A DNA stretch of 64,000 nucleotides from the NCBI GenBank assembly GCA_963826785.1, contig CAWGYD010000010.1, forward strand, positions 64,001-128,000. Direction: 5' to 3'. The notes under the pieces are model-generated. The model saw nothing but the letters and a program-made list of their open reading frames with translations, had not been told where the DNA came from and made no database searches. The first letter of the stretch is position 1. Each line of letters opens with the position of its first letter. Below are positions 31,178-42,838 of the stretch, piece by piece. This DNA comes from an uncultured delta proteobacterium. GTDB lineage: Bacteria > Desulfobacterota > Desulfobacteria > Desulfobacterales > Desulfosalsimonadaceae. The position numbers and the translations under genes were made by a program.

Positions 31178-32134
31178 TCAGGATGCGATTTTGATGATTT
31201 TGATTTCGACACTGTAATCACCGCGTTTGGGGCCCGCCTCGATCTCCTTGATGGAAGACAGGAACCCGGTTCCGGAAAAAATGGCCATTGGGGAATAGAA
31301 AATGATTTCCTTGAGCATGTCTCCGGGTTTGATGCTTTTGATCAGCTGCTTTTCCTTTTTCGGAATAATCATTCGGATGTGGTTGCCGGACTGAAAACTG
31401 ACATCGAGATCGATTTTTTCGCCTTCCCGGGGTCCGCAGGTCAGGACGAACCGGACTGCGCTGACATCGATCATATCGCCTTCGGCCAGTTCGGAATCGG
31501 GTTCGATGGTTTTCCGTGTTCCGATCCCGTCGAGTTCTTCATCGATTCCGTCTTTATTCAACAGATCCTGAAAATACACCCGGACGGATTCGAGTTCATC
31601 CGGCTTTAAAAACTTGGTTTTCTGCCATTTCTGGAACAGAGAAATGCCATATTCCACATAATTCTGCTGACACCAGCACCAGAGTATGTTTTTGGCGGCT
31701 TCCATGCGAAGGGAATCGTATTCAAGCAGTCGCGTCAATTCCTCGATGGCTTTATCATATTGTCCGAATTTGGCCAGGGAAAGGGCCCCGCCCAGGGAAG
31801 ACGATCCCTTTATTTCCGGATCATCAAAGCTGAACATCTCCTTCATCAGATTCTGGGCATCACGGGAAACCTTCGGCGCCTGGGTCGCACCATCCAGCTT
31901 TTTAATTTTCTTGTCGATGGAATCGATCTTTTCGGAAACTTTTTTCAGCAGGGCTTGTTTGTTGCTGATCCCGTGATTTGCCTTGAGTAGGCCTTCCACT
32001 GAACGGTATTTTTCCAGGGCTTCATCGAGCAATCCCTGCATACGATAAATTTCGGCTTCCTTGAAGTAGATCTTGATTTTTTCTCCAGGATTCATCTTCT
32101 GATCCGACACCGTTAATCCGTGGTTGAGCGGCAT
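31178..32134 (-). CDS. TPR-like repeat protein with beta-rich C-terminal domain
   Basis: EAEIYRMQGLLDEALEKY and LAKFGQYDKAIEEL TPR-like helices; co-oriented upstream of mglA. Confidence 0.65.
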   Translation of the reverse strand: MPLNHGLTVSDQKMNPGEKIKIYFKEAEIYRMQGLLDEALEKYRSVEGLLKANHGISNKQALLKKVSEKIDSIDKKIKKLDGATQAPKVSRDAQNLMKEMFSFDDPEIKGSSSLGGALSLAKFGQYDKAIEELTRLLEYDSLRMEAAKNILWCWCQQNYVEYGISLFQKWQKTKFLKPDELESVRVYFQDLLNKDGIDEELDGIGTRKTIEPDSELAEGDMIDVSAVRFVLTCGPREGEKIDLDVSFQSGNHIRMIIPKKEKQLIKSIKPGDMLKEIIFYSPMAIFSGTGFLSSIKEIEAGPKRGDYSVEIKIIKIAS

Positions 32135-32539
32135 ACGTTATCTTTTTCGATATCATCCGATGAGCTTAACCGCAAGAACCTGATCATTAAGTATCTATAA
32201 TTATTTTTTAAATATTATGGTAGTCAAGAGAGAAGCCGCAGATTGAATAACAACCGGGCTTCGCTTACGGGAAATTCCTAATAGAGACTAACCGTTAATC
32301 GGCTTTATCTCAAGAAAATTTTTATGCAAATGCCGCTCAGGCATGAAGTGGCACATCATTTGTTCGATTACGGTCAAATTCGGCCCAGTTCCCGCCTTGA
32401 GGCCAGGCCCGGTTTTTCGATATTGCATGGTTTTCGGGTAGACATAAAAATAGTTGGATGACATGGCCGCCCGGTTGAGCTCAGGTCTTCGGTGATGGTG
32501 CGGTTTTTGAATGCGCTCATATCCACGATGCGGTTCCGG

Positions 32540-33580
<1,041 letters not shown>

Positions 33581-33592
33581 GAAAAGGCAAGC

Positions 33593-35422
33593 TTACTTCT
33601 CTTCGGCCAGGGCGTTTTTCAGGGACTCGGCGGCCTTGCGGGTCATTTTGGGAAGGCTTGCCAACTCTTCCACCGTGGCTTCCCGGATTCCGTTCATGCC
33701 CGAATAGGCTTTGAGCAGTGCAGCCTTGCGTTTCGGGCCGATGCCGGAAATGGAGTCCAGCCGGGACTGCAGGGTGGATTTGGATTTTTTGCGCCGGTAA
33801 AAGCTGACGGCATACCGGTGCGCCTCGTCCCGGACCCGCTGCAAAAACAGCAGAAGGTCGCCTTCCCGGGTGAAATTGACCGGGTTCATCCTCCCCGGCT
33901 GATAGATTTTATCTTCTGTTTCTCCCCTTTTTTCATCCTTTTTGGCAATGCCGATAATTTCCGGCGGATCGGGCAGCTCCAGAGTCTTTCAAGACCGAAA
34001 CGGCGATATTGAGCTGCCCCTTCCCGCCGTCCACCATGAGCAGGTCCGGCATATTCACTTCTGCGCCGTTTTTCCGGAACCGTCGCTCCAGGACTTCCCG
34101 CATGCTGGCATAATCATCGGACATATCGACGGTGCGGATGGTATATTTCCGGTATGCGGCCTTGTTGGGCTTTGCATCTTCGAACACCACCATTCCGGCC
34201 ACGATCTGCCGGCCGGCCATGCCGGATATATCGAAACACTCGATCCGCCGGGGATATCGGCTGATCTTGAGCCGCCGCTGCAGCCGGGAGAGCAGATCCT
34301 TCTGCGCCGTTTCCGCCTCGATTTCCAATTTCAGCCGGATTCCGGCGTTTTCAGCGGCCAGTGCCGCCAGGCGGACCCGGTCTCCCCGCTGGGGATGAAT
34401 GATCCGCACGGCAGATCCGCGCAGTTCCGACAGCCACTGCCCATAGACGCTCACATCCGAAACGGCGCAAGGGAGCAGGATTTCCTTCGGGACGTTATCG
34501 GCAAGATCGTAATACTTTTTGATAAACGCGCCGATGATCTCTTCATCAGCGGAAAGGTCGTCGCGCACGAAAAAATGCCGCACGCCCTGGATCACCCCTT
34601 CCCTCACCACCATCAGCACCATCACGGCATATGCCCCGCTGCGGGCGATTCCCACTACGTCCCGGTCCACGAAATCCGTAACCACGGCCACCTGTCGTTC
34701 CAGGGTCTGCTCCAGGGCGAAAATCCGATCCCGGAGGGTGGCGGCACTTTCATAGGCCTGACAGGATGCGGCATCTTTCATCTCCTGCTGCAGCTTGCGG
34801 ATCAACTCCCGTGTGCGCCCGTTTAAGAACATCCGAACTTCATTGACGATGTCGCCATATACCCCCGGTGCGACCGGACGGCAGCAGGGCGCCAGGCAGA
34901 GTCCCATCTGGTAATTGAGGCAGGGCCGGGATCGCTTTTTCACCTGGGCTGAGGTGCATTTGCGCAGTTTGAATGTTTTATTGATCAGCTTCAGGGTTTT
35001 GCGGACCGCACCCGCCGAGGCATACGGACCGAAATAGACCGCCCCGTCATTTTTGAGCTTCCGCACCACACGGAGGCAGGGAAAATCCTCTTTCACATCC
35101 AGGCGCAGGGACGGGTACCGTTTGTCATCCTTGAGGATCACATTATAGCGGGGCCGGTGATGCTTGATCAGGTTGGATTCCAGGATCAGGGCCTCTTTTT
35201 CGGAGCCCGTGACGATGGTTTCAAAAGTGACGATTTTCTTGACCAGCACCCCCGTTTTCGGGTCGGTCTGGGGACGGCTGTGGAAATAGGAGCCCAGCCG
35301 GTTTCTCAAATTGGCGGCCTTGCCCACATAGATCACGGTTTTTCCGGCATCGTACATCAGGTACACGCCGGGGCCGGTGGAAACCGATGCCAGGGCTTCA
35401 CTCAGATTCGGTTTGATCGGCT

Positions 35423-35426
<4 letters not shown>
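33593..35426 (-). pseudogene. uvrC: Excinuclease ABC subunit C with a one-base frameshift at ~33988 (real or sequencing error)
   Basis: PGVY, YVGKA, PRYN, IECFDIS, DDYASM, VDGGKGQ in 5' frame; IGIAK, RDEAHRYA, GIGPKR in shifted frame. Confidence 0.92.
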
Positions 35427-37432
<2,006 letters not shown>

Positions 37433-37739
37433 GGGTTAATCTTTGATTTTGATTTTGATTCTGATAGTTGATGAATCGTTACAAACGGCTTTTGTCCGCA
37501 AAGTCGCCAAGGTCGCCAGAGAAAAAAATGTTTTGAATGTCTGTCTTTCGGGGGGCTTTGCATCCTGGCGAGAGATTCAGGCCTTTACCGAGCCATCCGC
37601 AATTAACTTCAATTGAGAATAATTTTAAGCATCTGAACGGCAAATACAATGGTGTATGGCCAGCTGCCGGCGGGGATACAAATAAAATGGAAGCGGGCGC
37701 AAAATTTTCTGCACCCGGTGCAAGACAAACGGGGAGGCT

Positions 37740-39170
37740 TTATTCCACCAGTTTCCACACCGTGCCGTCCGGCCGGTCCTCCAGCACCACGTTCATGGCC
37801 AGAAGTTCATCCCGGATCCGGTCTGCGGTATTGAAGTCCCTTGACCTGCGCGCAGCTTCCCGTTGTTTGATCAGATCTTCGATAAGTCGGGTATCCACTG
37901 CATGCTTTTCAGCCCGGCGGTTTTTCTGGTGCGCAAAATAATCATTGGGCGCCTGGGACAAAATGCCCAGGATCTCCCCCATTTTCATGACATCGGCGCA
38001 AACCGCTTCGGCTGACAAATCTTCCGAAGAGAGGTTTTCGTCAAGCATCCGGTTGGCGCTTCGGACCGCTTCAAACAGCACGCCGATCCCCTGGGCGGTA
38101 TTGAAATCATCATCCATGGCCCGGCAGAAGAGCGGCCAGTAATCACTGCTGCCTTTTGCTGACGCCTTGGGTAGGCGCTCCAGCCGGGATTGGATACGTT
38201 CCAGAGTTGCATACATCTTATCCAGGCCGCCGGCGGCTTCCTTCATGGACTGGTCGGTGAAGTCAAGGGGAGAGCGGTAATGGCTTGAGAGCAGAAACAA
38301 ACGCAGGACCTCGGGGTGCCATGTGTCGAGAATACCCCGGATGGTCAAGAAATTACCCAGCGATTTGGACATCTTCTCCTGGTTGATGTTGACAAACCCG
38401 TTATGTATCCAGTACCGGACAGATATTTTTCCGAATGCCGCCTCGGACTGGGCGATCTCGTTCTCATGATGGGGAAAGATCAGGTCCTTTCCGCCGCCGT
38501 GGATATCGAAGCTTTCCCCCAGGTAATCGGCGCTCATGGCGGAGCATTCGATGTGCCAGCCGGGACGGCCGGCCCCCCAGGGGCTTTCCCACGCGGGCTC
38601 ACCGGGTTTGGAGGATTTCCACAATACAAAATCGAAGGGATTTCGCTTGCGCACATCCACTTCTACGCGCGCGCCGGCCATCATGTCCTCGAGTTTCCGT
38701 CCCGAGAGCTTGCCATATCCATCGAATTGGTCCACGGAAAAAAACACGTCTCCGGCAGCCGGATACGCCACCCCCTTCTCCACCAGCCGGGCGATCACCC
38801 GGATCATGTCCCCCATGTGGTCGGTGGCCCGGGGCTCCACCGTGGGCCGCAGAACCTGCAGTGCGTCCATGTCTTCGTGGAATTCAGCGATATATTTTTC
38901 TGCCAGGTCGGTCGTGGTGATTCCCAGTTCATTGGCCCGATGGATGATCTTGTCATCGATATCCGTGAAGTTGCGGACATAGGTGACTTCAAATTGACTG
39001 GCGGTCAGGTATCGATAGATCACGTCGAATACCACCACGGAACGGGCATGGCCGATATGGCAGGAATCATATACCGTTGGGCCGCATACGTACATTTTCA
39101 CCTGACCGGGCACTGCCGGCACAAATGCCTGCTTTTCCCTCGCCAGGGTATTGTAAATCATCAAAGTCAT
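37740..39170 (-). CDS. cysS: Cysteine--tRNA ligase
   Basis: CGPTVY, HIGH, GRPGWHIEC, FPHHENE, KMSKS. Confidence 0.98.
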   Translation of the reverse strand: MTLMIYNTLAREKQAFVPAVPGQVKMYVCGPTVYDSCHIGHARSVVVFDVIYRYLTASQFEVTYVRNFTDIDDKIIHRANELGITTTDLAEKYIAEFHEDMDALQVLRPTVEPRATDHMGDMIRVIARLVEKGVAYPAAGDVFFSVDQFDGYGKLSGRKLEDMMAGARVEVDVRKRNPFDFVLWKSSKPGEPAWESPWGAGRPGWHIECSAMSADYLGESFDIHGGGKDLIFPHHENEIAQSEAAFGKISVRYWIHNGFVNINQEKMSKSLGNFLTIRGILDTWHPEVLRLFLLSSHYRSPLDFTDQSMKEAAGGLDKMYATLERIQSRLERLPKASAKGSSDYWPLFCRAMDDDFNTAQGIGVLFEAVRSANRMLDENLSSEDLSAEAVCADVMKMGEILGILSQAPNDYFAHQKNRRAEKHAVDTRLIEDLIKQREAARRSRDFNTADRIRDELLAMNVVLEDRPDGTVWKLVE

Positions 39171-39258
39171 CAGCGTTTCAATTCATTCTGGAACACATTT
39201 TAATCAGATAAAAACCGGCGATTTGACAAACGGGCACAAGATAACAATGAATGGCCGG

Positions 39259-39729
39259 TTAATCAAGAAGTACCACGCACATGGCGGCAATTCCCTCCCC
39301 CCGGCCCACAAATCCCAGACCCTCTGAAGTGGTGGCTTTGATGCTGATCCGGTCCACAGGAAGCGTCAGGGTCCGCGAAATCATCTGGCGCATCCGGTCC
39401 GTATGGGGGGCCAGTTTGGGGCTTTCGGCAAAAACCGTGCAATCGATGTTGCAGATGGCGGGATACCGGCCCGACACCAGTTCCCAGGTCCGCTTCAGCA
39501 GGTCGATGCTGTAAATGTTTTTGTACGCGGGGTCGCCCGGCGGAAAATGGATACCGATGTCCCCCATGGCCGCGGCGCCCAGCAGGGCATCGCAAATCGC
39601 ATGGACCAGAACGTCGGCATCCGAATGGCCATCAAGCCCCTTTTCGTGAGGGATTTCGATGCCGCCGAGGACCAGCGGACGTCCTTTAACCAGCCGATGA
39701 ATGTCATTTCCGATACCGATTCGCATCAT
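39259..39729 (-). CDS. ispF: 2-C-methyl-D-erythritol 2,4-cyclodiphosphate synthase
   Basis: RIGIGNDIH, GHSDADV, GDIG, KATTSEGLG. Confidence 0.96.
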   Translation of the reverse strand: MMRIGIGNDIHRLVKGRPLVLGGIEIPHEKGLDGHSDADVLVHAICDALLGAAAMGDIGIHFPPGDPAYKNIYSIDLLKRTWELVSGRYPAICNIDCTVFAESPKLAPHTDRMRQMISRTLTLPVDRISIKATTSEGLGFVGRGEGIAAMCVVLLD

Positions 39730-39762
39730 TTTCCTGCGGCATTAAGACGAAAGCGATATTGA

Positions 39763-40104
39763 TTACAAAAGATAAAATCGCTGGTCATTTTCAGGGACCT
39801 GCCTGACCTGGCGCTTTTTCTTCAGATTGGCGATATACTCGATGATGACGGCAATACCGTGGGGACAGGGCTGATCGATCTGGTTGCAGCTGCACCGGCA
39901 GCTCAGATCATTCCCGCTGATCTCCACGTACGTGGCATACATCTCCTCTCCGGACACCCAGGCCAGGATACCTGCGTTTTCGGTGACGGACAGGTCCCTG
40001 ACGCTTCCGGCCTGCTGTTGTCGGCGGCCGGTGATCACGTTTTGCTTGCCCGCCCACCCGATCAGATCCCCCCAGGTCAATGAAGTAAAATCCGGCTGCA
40101 GCAA
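39763..40104 (-). CDS. Short SWIM zinc-finger protein
   Basis: CRCSC...CPH (CxC-xn-CxH), preceded by AWVSG..YAT; TTG start with GGGGGA RBS. Confidence 0.75.
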   Translation of the reverse strand: MLQPDFTSLTWGDLIGWAGKQNVITGRRQQQAGSVRDLSVTENAGILAWVSGEEMYATYVEISGNDLSCRCSCNQIDQPCPHGIAVIIEYIANLKKKRQVRQVPENDQRFYLL

Positions 40105-40175
40105 AACTTTTCCCCCAATGGTGGCTTGAACATAATTTATGGCTGAACGAAAACTTTCTTGCCCTGTATCCGGGT

Positions 40176-41876
40176 TTAAAACTGGTAAAAGAATCCGATC
40201 CTGAATGTCCAGCCGCCCACATCCGTGTCATTGCCGCCGAAACGGTCGATACTGGAATAAACGGCTTCTGTCAGAAACCCGGTGCCCCCGAATGCTTCTT
40301 CCGCATTGTAAAACATAAATCCGGCCTTTCCGTGATATCCGCCGATCCACTCGCTTACATCGCCATTTGCTCCCGTTGCGGCATCGCTTTCTTCATTGAC
40401 ATACCAGTAGTCCGGCCCCAGCCCCAGGTATCCGACGATAAAGGGCATGAGCCGCTGATTGAATTTCAGGGAGGCGGACACCGGCACAAGCGTGATATCG
40501 GAATCAATTTGCGTGGAGGAGCCGCTTGCGGTGAGAAGATTGCCGTTTTCCTTCAAAAAGCCCCCTTCCAGATCAATTGAAAAATGCCGGGACAGCCATC
40601 GCTGATAAAACGCATAGACCGGGTACAGATCATTGTCATAGTAGTCGGTGAAATCGGATTCATTGGGGATCATATACCCCCCGGTGATTCCGATGATATT
40701 CTTTCTTGAAAATAATTCGTCATCCGCTGCATTTGCCCTGGAACTTAAAAGCACCGCTCCAAAAAGAATACAAAAGAGAATCAATACGCGGCGGGATTTG
40801 GTGACCTTTGCGGAAAAAACCAGCAGCACCGGTAAAAACAGCAGAAAGCATAGCGGAAGCGTAAAGCCATTTTCCGATGCTTCCGCAGATGCATCGATGA
40901 AGCAGCCGCCTTCTGTTTTGTTGGGATCCAGAAACGGTTTGAGTTCTTCCATTTTGACGGAGACTTCCGGGGTTCGGTTTCCCACATTGCCGCTCTGATC
41001 ATAGGCGGCGGCGGAAAAGTACCAGGTATCGCTCGAGTTCAGATTGTCAAAATCATATGAAAGTGCCGGTCCGATATCCACCGACTGGTCAAGCGTATTT
41101 TCCGCGCTGCCGTAGTAGATGATATGCCCGGCCAGGTCGGCCATGCGGGTATTTCCGTCGCTGACCTGTACGGTGATTGCGCGGCTGCCGGAGAGCTCGC
41201 CCGAAATATTTTGAGGTGCAAACGGCGGCCGGCTGTCGGGAAGGGTATCGACAATCAGCTCATTGGAATTTTTGGATTCGTTGTCGGACGTATCGACCGC
41301 GGACACCGCGATGAAATAGCGGGATGCGCTGTCCAGCCCGGTTAGCGGAAAGGCTTTGATTTGATTTCGATTTGCCACCGCAACGGTGTCATAAACTCCG
41401 GAGGCGGTCCCGTAGGAAACATTGTAATGATCCAGATCGGATTCCGTGTTGTCATCCCATTGGATCACCGCCGAGTCCCCTGTGATATCGTTGATATCGG
41501 TGAGTTGAAGGCCTCCGGGGACGGCCGGGGCGGTGTTGTCGGTGGCCGTGATGATGGACAGGGTATCCGAAAGAACGGTTTCGTCCATATTATTAAATGC
41601 AGATACCGCGACAAAGTACTGGGTCCCCGGCATCAGCCCGGTGATGGTGTAGGTCTCTACCAGGTTGTCGACCTGCGCCCGCTGGTTCAGGTCTCCGGAG
41701 GTGTTTCCCCAGTAGATATAGAAGCCGTCCGCATCGCTGTCGCCGTTCCAATCCACGATCACCGTGGTATCGGTCTGGGTCAGCAAGATATCTCTGGGGA
41801 CATCCAGCACGGCGGATGCCGTTTGCGGAAATGTCATCATCAGGGTCAGCAATAAAAGCAAGTGTTGCCATTTCAT
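40176..41876 (-). CDS. Secreted protein: three FN3 domains, GGC-TM sorting-like segment, internal signal-like helix, C-terminal outer-membrane beta-barrel
   Basis: N-terminal signal peptide (ASA), three W..Y..L..Y-type FN3 repeats, GGCFI, two hydrophobic helices, amphipathic strands ending FRIGFFYQF. Confidence 0.8.
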   Translation of the reverse strand: MKWQHLLLLLTLMMTFPQTASAVLDVPRDILLTQTDTTVIVDWNGDSDADGFYIYWGNTSGDLNQRAQVDNLVETYTITGLMPGTQYFVAVSAFNNMDETVLSDTLSIITATDNTAPAVPGGLQLTDINDITGDSAVIQWDDNTESDLDHYNVSYGTASGVYDTVAVANRNQIKAFPLTGLDSASRYFIAVSAVDTSDNESKNSNELIVDTLPDSRPPFAPQNISGELSGSRAITVQVSDGNTRMADLAGHIIYYGSAENTLDQSVDIGPALSYDFDNLNSSDTWYFSAAAYDQSGNVGNRTPEVSVKMEELKPFLDPNKTEGGCFIDASAEASENGFTLPLCFLLFLPVLLVFSAKVTKSRRVLILFCILFGAVLLSSRANAADDELFSRKNIIGITGGYMIPNESDFTDYYDNDLYPVYAFYQRWLSRHFSIDLEGGFLKENGNLLTASGSSTQIDSDITLVPVSASLKFNQRLMPFIVGYLGLGPDYWYVNEESDAATGANGDVSEWIGGYHGKAGFMFYNAEEAFGGTGFLTEAVYSSIDRFGGNDTDVGGWTFRIGFFYQF

Positions 41877-41924
41877 GGGTCGGACTCCGGTTATTGGGGT
41901 GGAAAATACAGGGTCAGAAAAGAT

Positions 41925-42734
41925 TCAATCGATTACATTCAATACGGCCGCCGGATGATCGGTCATGATCACATTCACTCCCAGGTCGGCGGCTTGCTTC
42001 ACCTCCCGGGGCGTGTTGCACGAATACGTCATGGTCTTTAAGTTGCGCCGTTGAAATTTTGTCATTACCCCGGGTGTCAACAAATGAAATTCCAGACAGC
42101 AGCCGGACAGCCGCGCCCGGGTCTCATTGAAGGCCGCCTCGCAGTTTTCCATGTTTTCCAGATTCAACACATACGAAATTTCCGGATTTTCGCTGAAAGC
42201 CGCATTCAGAATATGGGGATCGAAGGACAGGATAAAAATATTGGGTTTCTGTCTTTGGGAAACCAGCGCCCGAATCCGGCCGGCCGCAACCATGGCCAGC
42301 TCAGCATCCGATTGGCGATCCGTCGGCTCCGAATTTTTGATCTCGATAAAAAGCCGGGTGCGGGAACCGTAATCCGACAAGACCATGTCCAGGGTCATGA
42401 CCCTTTCACCGGAAAACCGGTGCGAGAACCATCCGCCCCAGTCCAATCCTTTCAGTTCCTCATATGACAATTCTGATATGGGGCGATTGCTGCCGCCGAT
42501 TTTTTCCAGCGTTGCGTCATGGCAGATAACGGGAACCCGGTCTGTGGTAAAACGAACATCCAATTCGATGCCGTCAGCACCGCAATCCAGCGCCCGTTCA
42601 AAAGCGGCGCGGGTGTTTTCAGGGGCCTCTGCCATTGCGCCCCTGTGGGCCACAATCCAGGGCGAAGCGGATTTATTATTATTTGCGGATTCCATTTTTT
42701 CCATAATCTGGACGGGCGGCGGCGGGCATATCAT
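41925..42734 (-). CDS. Glycerophosphodiester phosphodiesterase
   Basis: AHRGA, PENT, IELDV, CHD, IEIK, IMTD; true start probably slightly downstream. Confidence 0.92.
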   Translation of the reverse strand: MICPPPPVQIMEKMESANNNKSASPWIVAHRGAMAEAPENTRAAFERALDCGADGIELDVRFTTDRVPVICHDATLEKIGGSNRPISELSYEELKGLDWGGWFSHRFSGERVMTLDMVLSDYGSRTRLFIEIKNSEPTDRQSDAELAMVAAGRIRALVSQRQKPNIFILSFDPHILNAAFSENPEISYVLNLENMENCEAAFNETRARLSGCCLEFHLLTPGVMTKFQRRNLKTMTYSCNTPREVKQAADLGVNVIMTDHPAAVLNVID

Positions 42735-42838
42735 CAGATGCTGATCATGCAGCCTTCAGATAATTTACCCCATTCTTTTTCAGACTACAAGGGAGAAGCG
42801 GATTGCACGAAAGATTTGTGGAAGAAGGGGTCTTGACG

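Noticed and set aside
32349..32363. Possible sigma54 promoter TGGCAC-N5-TTGT
   Set aside because: -12 element lacks the conserved GC and it lies ~280 bp from mdh, which has a sigma70-like element.
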